Assembly (NCBI GenBank): GCA_043825855.1
Contig: JBDRRJ010000033.1
Location: 235-64,234, forward strand
Direction: 5' to 3'
Length of the DNA stretch: 64,000 nucleotides
Source: Pseudomonadota bacterium
GTDB taxonomy: Bacteria > Desulfobacterota > UBA8473
Shown here: positions 1 through 8,609 of the stretch, piece by piece
Layout of the letters: the number at the start of each line of letters is the position of its first letter
Position numbering within the stretch: the first letter of the stretch is position 1
Made by a program: the position numbers and the translations under genes
The notes under the pieces: model-generated
Seen by the model: the letters and a program-made list of their open reading frames with translations, nothing else
Database searches by the model: none
What the model was told of the DNA's origin: nothing

Positions 1-1228
1 TCTTTTCTATAGAACGATCCTCAACTGTACATATCTTGACCTTATAACCGTAAATGGTCAACTCTTCACCCTCTTCAGGAATACGTCCTATCTCTTTTAA
101 TATCAGCGCCCCCAGTGTAGGGTTGTCCTCCTCCGGGAAGCAAGTAGTTAGCAACTTGTTAACATCTCTGATTTTTATGTCACTTTCAATAATGATTGAA
201 CCATCCTTTTGCAATATGTATGGACTCTTTATTAGATCAGATTCATCATATATCTCACCTGTAATCTCTTCTATAATGTCTTCCATGGTTACAATGCCTC
301 TTATATTCCCGTATTCATCCACAACAAATGCTATGTGTGCTCTTTCTTTCTGAAAATCCAGAAGTTGGGCGTAAACCACCTTTGTCTCTGGGACAAAAAA
401 AGGTTGGCGTATAATGTCTGTAAGATCTAAATCAGGTTTGTTCCTACACTTAAAGAAATCTTTAACATGAAGATAACCCAGGATGTTATTTATGTCCTTT
501 TCATAAACCGGGTACCTTGAAAAAGCATTCTCCGTAATTACTTTCTCAATTTCATCTAAGCCCATACTCACTTCAAGAGAAATGATATCGTTAACAGGGA
601 CCATTAAATCTTCTACAGTTAAATCAGTTAAATCAAATACACCTGCAAGCATTCTCCCCTTTTTAGGTTCAAATGCCCCCTCTTCCTCTCCTGCTTCTAT
701 CAGTGACTCAATCTCCTCTTCAGTTATTGGCGACCAGCGAGTTTGCCCTTTTTGTCCCAGTATCAGCAATATTAAATGAGAAATCCTCGAAACTACCCAA
801 ACGATTGGGTGGAAAAGAACAATAAAAAAACGGACAGGATAAATAACCACTAAAGAAAACTTCAAGGCATTGTAAGCAGCATAGGTTTTAGGTGTAATTT
901 CAGAAAATATTAAGAAGATAAGGGTCATACCAATAGTCGCAATAAGTATTCCTTCTTTTCCAAATATGGAAATTGCAACTGCTGTAGCCAATGCAGTGCC
1001 GGCAACATTTACTATATTATTGCCTACCAGAAGAGTTCCTAAAAGATCGTCAGGTTTTTGTAATATTTTCTCAATTCCTTTTCCTACATGAGGCATATCT
1101 TTTCCTAGTTTTTTTACCCGTAACCTGCCCAAGGATAGAAGAGCTGTCTCTGATCCAGAAAAAAAGGCTGAGCAGATGAGAAAAAAGACTATCAAAAGAT
1201 ATATATACAAATTTTGTATGCCTTCCAT
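1..1228 (-). CDS. CNNM/CorC/HlyC-family transporter (DUF21 TM domain + CBS pair + CorC_HlyC), partial; C-terminus beyond window start
   Basis: ATG at 1228..1226 on minus strand. N-terminus translated by hand: MEGIQNLYIYLLIVFFLICSAFFSGSETALLSLGRLRVKKLGKDMPHVG. The FFSGSETAL motif is typical of DUF21/CorC. The frame stays open to the window edge. The plus-strand ORFs 54..353, 582..779 and 991..1179 are antisense artifacts of this gene. Confidence 0.75.
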   Translation of the reverse strand, partial: MEGIQNLYIYLLIVFFLICSAFFSGSETALLSLGRLRVKKLGKDMPHVGKGIEKILQKPDDLLGTLLVGNNIVNVAGTALATAVAISIFGKEGILIATIGMTLIFLIFSEITPKTYAAYNALKFSLVVIYPVRFFIVLFHPIVWVVSRISHLILLILGQKGQTRWSPITEEEIESLIEAGEEEGAFEPKKGRMLAGVFDLTDLTVEDLMVPVNDIISLEVSMGLDEIEKVITENAFSRYPVYEKDINNILGYLHVKDFFKCRNKPDLDLTDIIRQPFFVPETKVVYAQLLDFQKERAHIAFVVDEYGNIRGIVTMEDIIEEITGEIYDESDLIKSPYILQKDGSIIIESDIKIRDVNKLLTTCFPEEDNPTLGALILKEIGRIPEEGEELTIYGYKVKICTVEDRSIEK

Positions 1229-1483
1229 TTAAATTCCCCTTATAAATTGATTAAACGTTATTTTTGAGAGACCTGCAAAAGTCTTTGCTTTTTTTCACAA
1301 GCTAAAAACCTTATACATATCGGAAGTGTAAAATACTTTTCATGAATACTAAAAGGGTGGAGAAAAATGATGGTTCTCCCTTTAAAAGGGTTTTGTATGA
1401 AATCTAAATAAAGTAGAAAATCGCTCATGAAATTAAAGGTAAGTTTAGCAGAGGTAGTTAGTGTTTTCAAGAAAATTCAATAT

Positions 1484-2425
1484 TTATTCACTGCCTACAA
1501 TAGCAACTGTTGGATTTTGACAACCCTGAAGTACCTCGGGAACGACCCCTCCTAACAGAAAGTCTTTAATGGCAGAATGACCCTTACGACCCATTATAAT
1601 CAGATTGTAATTACCTTCTTCAGCTGTTTTAATAATTTCTTCATGTGGAATTCCAATCTCTACTCTGGTATCAATAAGTTCTTCTGAAATACCTGCTCTC
1701 AGAAAAACCTTCAGTGCATCTTCCAATATTATCTGCGCCTCATCTTCATGGTTTATGCCTGCTTTAAGTTTTTCCATATAGAGGGCTATATTTATAACCC
1801 TCAGTAGAGTTACTTGAACGAGTCCATCTAAACTGTTACACAAAGAAATGGCATGTTCTACGGCCTTCATAGAATAAATTGAACCGTCAGTCGGGACAAG
1901 TATTCTGTGAATTGAACACGTTTTGTCATCCAGAACCTTATGACCGGCTATATAGACAGTCTGCCTGCTTGCCATGTTAATTACTTTTCTTGAAATACTG
2001 CCCAGAAAAAAACCCTTTATCTCAGAGAACCCCCTCCTGGCCATGATAATTGTAGAAAAATTTTCCTTATTGGCCAATTTTACGATTTCATGGGCCGGGT
2101 CTCCGTCTGCAACCTTTCTTACTATCTCGGATTTGATGCCGGATTCTTTCAGGATACTTTCCCCTTCTTCTAATATGGGAGTGGCCTTTTCATTAAAGTA
2201 CTGTTTCTGAAAGGCTTCTGACTGTGTGATGTCTATCGCCCTGAAATCAACATAGCCCATGTGGCGGGAAATGTAACCTCCGGCCGCTATGTGAAAAATG
2301 GTAATACTTGAGAGTTTACTACCCATACATGTTCCCAGGTATCCTGCAAATTTTAATGCCCGCTTGGAATCTTCACTTCCATCTATGGGAAGAAGTATTT
2401 TTGTATTTGAATTTCCTATGTTCAT
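1484..2425 (-). CDS. Universal stress protein, tandem UspA domains
   Basis: 313 aa. Two Usp-like halves, each with ILVPTDGS-type N-terminus and a G-x-G-S C-terminal ATP-binding-like segment (IMGRKGHSAIKDFLLGGV). Confidence 0.75.
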   Translation of the reverse strand: MNIGNSNTKILLPIDGSEDSKRALKFAGYLGTCMGSKLSSITIFHIAAGGYISRHMGYVDFRAIDITQSEAFQKQYFNEKATPILEEGESILKESGIKSEIVRKVADGDPAHEIVKLANKENFSTIIMARRGFSEIKGFFLGSISRKVINMASRQTVYIAGHKVLDDKTCSIHRILVPTDGSIYSMKAVEHAISLCNSLDGLVQVTLLRVINIALYMEKLKAGINHEDEAQIILEDALKVFLRAGISEELIDTRVEIGIPHEEIIKTAEEGNYNLIIMGRKGHSAIKDFLLGGVVPEVLQGCQNPTVAIVGSE

Positions 2426-2447
2426 ATTTAATATCCCTATTTAGCTA

Positions 2448-4193
2448 CTAATAAAAAATAAGCAGCCATACATTAGCGATGGCAACGGTAATAATCATAA
2501 AAAGAAAAGCATACTTCATGAACGCAAAGAACTTTATCGGATAGCCTGCTGCCTCTGCAATACCAACTGTAACTACATTCGCACTCGCACCGATCATTGT
2601 TCCATTACCCCCTAAACATGCCCCCAGTGCCAATGCCCACCAGAGAACATTGGACTCTGCTGCCCCGGGGATTACCTTTGTAAGATATGCAGTAACTGGA
2701 AGCATAGTAGCAGTAAATGGAATGTTATCTACAAAGGCACTCATAATAGCTGATACCCATAGTATCAAACAGATGGCGATCACAAGGTTGCCCTGAGAGA
2801 GTCTCAATACCCCGTCGGCTATCATAGAAAGTAAACCGGCCTCTTCCACTGCACCTACTATAATGAAAAGGAAAATGAAGAAAAGAAGGGTCGTCCATTC
2901 AATATCCTTTTCGATAAGCTCTAACAGCTTAACCTTATTAGTCAATATGCCGTATGTAAATAGAAGTCCAGCACCAAAAAGCGCCGGGATACTGACCTCC
3001 ATATGCCAGTATCCATGGGTAACAAAGAAAGAGACTACAAGCCCCATAATGAATAACCCATATCCAAGCAGGACCTTATCTGTAATCTTATACTCTTCCT
3101 TCAGGGAGGCGATCAATCCGTCAACATCCTTTACCTTAGCTTCAGCGTATTCTTTACCGTAAAAAAACTTGTTGTAAACAATAAGAGCCACCATCCCTAT
3201 GATACATGGTATTGTGAGGTTATACACGAACTGCATGAAGGTAAGCCCTGTATAGGAACCGATCATAATATTTGGAGGGTCGCCTATCAGGGTAGCTGCT
3301 CCCCCTACATTTGATGCCATAATGCCTGGTATCAAAAGTGTCAGCGGTGAAATCTTCAAAACAAGGGCGATCTGAATAAGAACAGGGGTATAAAGAAGCA
3401 TTGTTGTCACATTGTCTAAAAGCGCCGATGTAGTTGCAATAAAGATCATAGAGATAACAGAGAGGTTAAATACATTACCCTTGGCAAGCTTAAAGGATAT
3501 ATAAGCACACCATTGGAATACGCCAGTGTGCTTCAGGACACCAACGATGATCATCATCCCCATAAGCAGAAATATAACGTTCATATCTATTGCGTTAATT
3601 GCCCTTTCAAAGGAGATAATCTGATAATCGGGTAAGAGCGTCCCCACAGTATAAGTCACAAGGAGCATAATGGATGCCCCAATCATGGAGGCAATAGTTC
3701 TGTGTAAAAGTTCAAAAGAAATTAAAATATACGCAAGGATAAAGATAATAGTTGCTATATAAAAGGCAGGCCCAAGTGTGCGCAGCATCTTCACATCTTT
3801 AACTAAATAAAAGTTCTGGTCCTTCTGTGCAAGGTCTCCTTTATCTAAATCAATAACAATCGTACGGTAGCTTGGTTTGGAGATTTCCAGTTGGATGCCT
3901 GTGGAATCAACCTTATTTTGAGGAAGTTTAAACTCAGTATAATAGGTTCCGTGAGAGGATGTCTCCGTCTCCTCCTTCCACTTGTGTTCAACCATTATTT
4001 CCTGTGGTTGGCCATCTACGATAACTCTGATTTTGGCTTCTTTAACAGGCTCTTCATGAGGATCGAAGACAGTACCCGATATAAAAAACCCCTCGTCTTC
4101 AACCGTGCTTTCAGAGGCAAAGGACTGGTTCCATGAAAAGAGGCAGAATACAACCAAAACTAAGAATAAAACCCTGGTAAAATATTTTTTCAT
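2448..4193 (-). CDS. ArsB/NhaD-superfamily anion permease with N-terminal signal peptide and extracytoplasmic beta-sandwich-like domain
   Basis: 581 aa. N-terminal hydrophobic signal, then about 110 aa soluble segment (FISGTVFDPHEEPVKEAKIRVIVDG). This is followed by 10 or more predicted TM helices with permease-like glycine-rich segments. Confidence 0.55.
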   Translation of the reverse strand: MKKYFTRVLFLVLVVFCLFSWNQSFASESTVEDEGFFISGTVFDPHEEPVKEAKIRVIVDGQPQEIMVEHKWKEETETSSHGTYYTEFKLPQNKVDSTGIQLEISKPSYRTIVIDLDKGDLAQKDQNFYLVKDVKMLRTLGPAFYIATIIFILAYILISFELLHRTIASMIGASIMLLVTYTVGTLLPDYQIISFERAINAIDMNVIFLLMGMMIIVGVLKHTGVFQWCAYISFKLAKGNVFNLSVISMIFIATTSALLDNVTTMLLYTPVLIQIALVLKISPLTLLIPGIMASNVGGAATLIGDPPNIMIGSYTGLTFMQFVYNLTIPCIIGMVALIVYNKFFYGKEYAEAKVKDVDGLIASLKEEYKITDKVLLGYGLFIMGLVVSFFVTHGYWHMEVSIPALFGAGLLFTYGILTNKVKLLELIEKDIEWTTLLFFIFLFIIVGAVEEAGLLSMIADGVLRLSQGNLVIAICLILWVSAIMSAFVDNIPFTATMLPVTAYLTKVIPGAAESNVLWWALALGACLGGNGTMIGASANVVTVGIAEAAGYPIKFFAFMKYAFLFMIITVAIANVWLLIFY

Positions 4194-4273
4194 AAAAACC
4201 CCCTGACAGAATATTCACTTCTTGGGCGTGGAGTATATATTATACACTATATAATATAATTAGTTAACCCTAC

Positions 4274-5068
4274 TTATTTATGAACTACTTTAATTATATT
4301 TCCCTTATTCAGATTGGGCCTTTCTCGAGCATCCTGATCTCTTACTGAAACCTCTAGATAACCGGTGCTTCCAAAAAGTGCTACTGCTTCTTCTTCTTCT
4401 TTTACTTCAGAATATGAAACCTTAATATTACCTAATGCTTTCCCGCCAATAGATACTTCATGTTTCCCCTTCCCTACCAACTTCCTGAATAAAACTTCAG
4501 GGATATTAGATATAAGGTTCCCGAATCTATCTACATGGAGCACTACTCCATTGATTTCACCTTTTTTAATCTCAGGTTTTGGTATATCAAACTTTACAAC
4601 TTCATTACATGATTCCCCAAAATCTTCTAAAGGAGTCCCCCTAGATAAGTATGCAGCGGCTGGTGCAAATATATCCCGACCTTGAAAAGTATTGCTTATA
4701 AACGGAAGAAAGTATTTATTATTAATCAACTCAACAATCTTATCTATCCTTTCAGACTCATATATGAAGCTAAAAGCTCCGTTATCAGGGCCAATAAATA
4801 AATAATCTCCAGCCTTCATCAGGATAGCCTTTCTCTTACTCCCAACCCCCGGATCAACAACAACTAAATGGATAGTCCCCTCTGGGAAAAACTTATATGA
4901 GTTATTTAATATAAAACCTGCTTCAAAAATATCTTGGGGTGATATCTCATGGGTAATATCAACTAACCTCACCATAGGATTTATACCTAAAATTACTCCC
5001 TTTAATACGCCTGTATAACTATCCTTGGTCCCAAAATCTGTTATAAGTGTAATAACTCCTCTTTCCAT
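4274..5068 (-). CDS. SAM hydroxide adenosyltransferase family protein (DUF62; SalL/fluorinase-like fold)
   Basis: 264 aa. N-terminus ITLITDFGTKDSYTGVLKGVI and VVVDPGVGS motif are characteristic of the DUF62 family. Confidence 0.8.
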   Translation of the reverse strand: MERGVITLITDFGTKDSYTGVLKGVILGINPMVRLVDITHEISPQDIFEAGFILNNSYKFFPEGTIHLVVVDPGVGSKRKAILMKAGDYLFIGPDNGAFSFIYESERIDKIVELINNKYFLPFISNTFQGRDIFAPAAAYLSRGTPLEDFGESCNEVVKFDIPKPEIKKGEINGVVLHVDRFGNLISNIPEVLFRKLVGKGKHEVSIGGKALGNIKVSYSEVKEEEEAVALFGSTGYLEVSVRDQDARERPNLNKGNIIKVVHK

Positions 5069-5086
5069 CTCTATAGTAAGTTATTC

Positions 5087-5776
5087 CTACTGGCTTAACC
5101 CTATCTCGCTGAATACCTCATTCATACTTAATATGTTATCGATTATAAAATCTACATCAACGCTTTCTTCTTCTCCTACCAGAATAGTTGTCATACCCAG
5201 TTTTTTAGCAGGAAGAAGGTTCCTTGCCAAATCCTCTACCATTAAACAATCCTTACCCTTTACGTCTAAAGTGTCCAGCAACTTTTTATATGACCAAAGG
5301 TTGGGTTTTGCCAAATAACTCATAAATTTAATGTCAAATATTCTAGAAAAATATCTATCTATTCCTAGAATTTTTAGGACCTTTATCGCATGATTAAACG
5401 ACCCATTGGTAAAGATAACCTTTTCCAATAAGATGTCTTCCAGGAGTTTACATAACTCAAAATCAGTAGATAATAAATCTTCTAAAGATATGTCATGGAC
5501 ATAATGGAGGTATTCATCCGGGTTAACTCCATGATGGATTATTAGCCCTCCGAGGGTAGTACCATATTGATCCATGTATTTCAATCGAAGGTTTTCTACC
5601 AGATCATAATCTATACCCAATTCTACCCTCATATATTCGTTTATCCTTTGATCTACTAATTTGAATAACCCTACTTCTTTTGGATATAGGGTATTATCAA
5701 GATCAAAAATTACGTACTTCATTAAATTTTTATATCCTTTAATCAATAAAAGTTTATTTTCAGAGGCTGTTATCAC
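5087..5776 (-). CDS. HAD-superfamily hydrolase (subfamily IA, nucleotidase-like)
   Basis: 229 aa. Motif I FDLDNTLY at the N-terminus. Confidence 0.7.
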   Translation of the reverse strand: MITASENKLLLIKGYKNLMKYVIFDLDNTLYPKEVGLFKLVDQRINEYMRVELGIDYDLVENLRLKYMDQYGTTLGGLIIHHGVNPDEYLHYVHDISLEDLLSTDFELCKLLEDILLEKVIFTNGSFNHAIKVLKILGIDRYFSRIFDIKFMSYLAKPNLWSYKKLLDTLDVKGKDCLMVEDLARNLLPAKKLGMTTILVGEEESVDVDFIIDNILSMNEVFSEIGLSQ

Positions 5777-5802
5777 ATTTTGAAAATTGCTATTTCTCCA
5801 AA

Positions 5803-6411
5803 TTAATCTGTCTTAACACCTAGTTCTATTAAATCTTTTAATAGTTGTTCTGTAGACCTGTAAAGGATACTGTTAATACCGATCTCCTTCGCAGCTAAAC
5901 AGAACTCCTCCAGATCATCTATATATACGGTCTCTTCCGGAAAAGAGTCTGTTCTTCTTAATACCTCTCTAAATATTTCATTATGGGGTTTCGAGTATCC
6001 TACCTTATACGATAGGATCAGAGAATCAAAGAGTTCTATCACTTCGAAATTCTGTCTTATAAGATCAAAGTGCAGTTCATTCGTATTAGAAACCAATATA
6101 AGAGAATAACCATTCTTTTTTAATGATAACAATACGTTTTCAACAGAGTCATTTAGAGAGAAGATATCTGACCAGATATTCTTAAACTTATCAAAAGAAA
6201 TATCTATATCGAATTTTCTCAATATCCATTGGAATAAATCTTCTGATTTAATCTTGCCCTCATCATACAGTTTAAATATCTCCGAGCTAAAACCAAGTTG
6301 ATATATTTCATTACTGGTGTATTTTGAATATCTGGCTAATTTCTCACAGATTAACATATGATTAAAACTGACAATAACATTACCTAAGTCAAATATAATA
6401 GTCTTTATCAT
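5803..6411 (-). CDS. HAD-superfamily hydrolase (subfamily IA)
   Basis: 202 aa. Motif I IIFDLGNVIV. Tandem with the preceding HAD gene. Confidence 0.7.
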   Translation of the reverse strand: MIKTIIFDLGNVIVSFNHMLICEKLARYSKYTSNEIYQLGFSSEIFKLYDEGKIKSEDLFQWILRKFDIDISFDKFKNIWSDIFSLNDSVENVLLSLKKNGYSLILVSNTNELHFDLIRQNFEVIELFDSLILSYKVGYSKPHNEIFREVLRRTDSFPEETVYIDDLEEFCLAAKEIGINSILYRSTEQLLKDLIELGVKTD

Positions 6412-6416
6412 ATAAT

Positions 6417-6524
6417 CTATTTATTCTTTGCCCTCTGTCTATTTACACGTCTGGCTAATCTTGCAATTTTATTTCTTTTTCGGTTTTTATCTTTTACTGT
6501 TGCCAAATGCCTTAATTTTGACAT
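6417..6524 (-). CDS. Unannotated 35-aa highly basic small ORF (MSKLRHLATVKDKNRKRNKIARLARRVNRQRAKNK)
   Basis: Absent from the ORF track (below length cutoff). ATG at 6524..6522 is preceded by AAGGAGGG with about 8 nt spacing. The TAG stop at 6419..6417 lies 5 nt before the HAD gene start at 6411, suggesting co-transcription. Composition resembles a ribosome- or nucleic-acid-binding peptide, but no family was recognised. Confidence 0.35.
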   Translation of the reverse strand: MSKLRHLATVKDKNRKRNKIARLARRVNRQRAKNK

Positions 6525-6817
6525 AATACGAACTCCCTCCTTTACACAGTTTTTTTCACCTTATATTACAATAAAATCTATTTGATAAAATGTCTTCATT
6601 TTGCATATTTTTCAAAAAAAAGCAAGGCGTATTTCCCGATAATTGTTATTTCTTGTACGAGATATTATGTATGTTATCACAGTATAAAACGGACAAGTTC
6701 AAACTGGAGATTACTTTGGTAAGAATGGTATCAAGAGGAATGAAGATTATTATAATTTATCATGAAATCGATGGCTTGGTAATGTTCATATTTTAAAATA
6801 TATAAGCAATGTTGATT

Positions 6818-7288
6818 TTAATAAATCCCTAAGATAGTATACTCTTTAATTCCTGCAGGCACTTTGATCTTTACCGAATCACCTAATTCTTTTCCAATAA
6901 GTGCCCTTGCTATAGGAGAATGAACGGAGATCTTCCTCTGTCGTGGATCTGCTTCATCAGCTCCTACTATCTGGTATTTTAACTCTTTCCCATCGTTTTC
7001 ATCTTGAAGATGAACTGTTGTGCCAAAAACAACTTTGTCTGAACCATTTTTGCTAATATCAATAACCTCGGCTCTGGAAAGTTTGTCTTCTATCTCTCGA
7101 ATTCTACCTTCAATTAAAGCCTGTTTTTCTTTTGCCGCATCATACTCCGCATTCTCAGACAAATCACCATGTTCTCTTGCTACCGCAATTTCGTTAATAA
7201 TTTTGGGTCTCTCTTTGGACTTTAATCGACGCAGCTCGTTTGTTAATGATTTGTGCCCATCTCTGGTCATAGGTACTTTTCCGCTCAT
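6818..7288 (-). CDS. greA: Transcription elongation factor GreA
   Basis: 156 aa. Contains GDLSENAEYDAAKEKQA, the conserved acidic coiled-coil tip region. Confidence 0.9.
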   Translation of the reverse strand: MSGKVPMTRDGHKSLTNELRRLKSKERPKIINEIAVAREHGDLSENAEYDAAKEKQALIEGRIREIEDKLSRAEVIDISKNGSDKVVFGTTVHLQDENDGKELKYQIVGADEADPRQRKISVHSPIARALIGKELGDSVKIKVPAGIKEYTILGIY

Positions 7289-8073
7289 TTATTGCCCCCT
7301 TTTACAATTTCCATAACTTTTGACATGGTTTTACCTGCACTATCATAAATCCGAATATGGGAAGCTCTGTCCATATGTGTAGGTTCTCGATTGATTATCA
7401 CGAGTTTTGCACCAGCATTAACTGCATAGGTAGGCATATATGCAGCAGGATAAACAACCAGCGAAGAACCAATTACAATAAAAAGATCACATTTGGCTGA
7501 ACGAGATGTAGCTTCGTTTAATACCCTGGGAGGGAGTGTTTCTCCAAATAAAACTGCATCGGGTTTTAAGACGCCCCCACACTCTACACATTTAGGGTCA
7601 TCTCCCCCTTTTTTTACCTTATTTATAATATTCTCCAAAGGATAGTGTTTATTACAGTCAAGACATATTGCACGTACCATGTTGCCATGAAGCTGGAATA
7701 CTTTATGTTCAGAGTTGCCGGCTTTTTGATGCAACCCGTCTACATTTTGAGTAATGACACAGTCCAATTTACCCATCTTTTCTAATTCGGCAATTGCGTA
7801 ATGGGCAGCATTAGGTGTAGCTCCAGCTGTAAAACCGCTCTCTTCAAGCATCCCGTACATCTTCCTTCTTGCCTCTTTGCTGCTAACAAATTTCTGATAG
7901 GTAAAATCTTCCGGGTCATGTTTTGTCCAAATACCACCGGGGCTCCTAAAATCAGGGATACCAGACTCAGTACTAACGCCAGCCCCCGTGAAAACAACAA
8001 TCCTTTTGGAGTTAATGATCAATTCTGCCAACTGGCTTATAAGTAATTCCGGATCAGTGTATTCTTTCATCAT
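7285..8073 (-). CDS. cobB: NAD-dependent protein deacylase (Sir2 family)
   Basis: 262 aa. Contains GAGVSTESGIPDFRS and the zinc ribbon CxxC...CxxC (CLDCNKHY...CVECGG). Confidence 0.85.
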   Translation of the reverse strand: MMKEYTDPELLISQLAELIINSKRIVVFTGAGVSTESGIPDFRSPGGIWTKHDPEDFTYQKFVSSKEARRKMYGMLEESGFTAGATPNAAHYAIAELEKMGKLDCVITQNVDGLHQKAGNSEHKVFQLHGNMVRAICLDCNKHYPLENIINKVKKGGDDPKCVECGGVLKPDAVLFGETLPPRVLNEATSRSAKCDLFIVIGSSLVVYPAAYMPTYAVNAGAKLVIINREPTHMDRASHIRIYDSAGKTMSKVMEIVKGGNK

Positions 8074-8147
8074 GATAGGTATTCTCTATTAATTTAAATT
8101 GTATTTCTGTGGCAAGTAACAAAGATCCTTTAATCTTCTATCTTTGG

Positions 8148-8609
8148 TTAATTTATTTCTAGTTCAGTATTAGTTAAAATTATCTTGTTAAGGAGTTCCT
8201 TTTCCTTCGCTTGCATAACCTGAGCCTCTTCACCCGAATTCTCATGGTCATAGCCAAGAAGATGCAAAACACCATGAATGAGGAAAAAATCTATCATCTC
8301 CTCCACTGCAATTTCACTCTCCTCGGCTTGACGTTTTGCAGTTTCTACTGAAATAACCACATCGCCTAAAAGGTAGGGATTAACGGCGGTAAAGTCTCCT
8401 TCTGTCATAGGAAAAGAGATAACATTAGTTGGACCGCTTCTTCCAAGATATTGTTTATTTATAACTTCTATTTGTTTATCATCGACCATAAGGATACTTA
8501 TTTCGCTATCAGGACATTCCAAGTCTTTTAAGATCATTCTCGCCGTTTTTCTTATCCTTGATTCGCTTACTTTTATCTTGTTTTGTTGATTTCTTATCAA
8601 TATCATCAA
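8148..8609 (-). CDS. ybeY: rRNA maturation endoribonuclease YbeY
   Basis: HGVLHLLGYDH metal-binding motif. About 100 nt apparent overlap with the upstream HD gene suggests the true start is a downstream Met. Confidence 0.85.
   Translation of the reverse strand: MMILIRNQQNKIKVSESRIRKTARMILKDLECPDSEISILMVDDKQIEVINKQYLGRSGPTNVISFPMTEGDFTAVNPYLLGDVVISVETAKRQAEESEIAVEEMIDFFLIHGVLHLLGYDHENSGEEAQVMQAKEKELLNKIILTNTELEIN

Noticed and set aside
54-1179. Plus-strand ORFs 54..353, 582..779, 991..1179
   Set aside because: Low-complexity Ser/Leu-rich translations lying antisense to a well-supported minus-strand CorC/HlyC-family gene.
1258-1470. 70-aa minus-strand ORF between the CorC-like start and the Usp stop
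   Set aside because: No RBS, AT-rich intergenic context, and no recognisable motifs. Likely noncoding.
6590-6796. 68-aa plus-strand ORF in the HAD/greA spacer
   Set aside because: Low-complexity, hydrophobic and AT-driven. No SD. Probably intergenic promoter DNA.
8509-8609. 100-nt overlap between ybeY and the HD-domain gene
   Set aside because: Most likely over-extension of the ybeY ORF to an upstream in-frame Met rather than a real long overlap.
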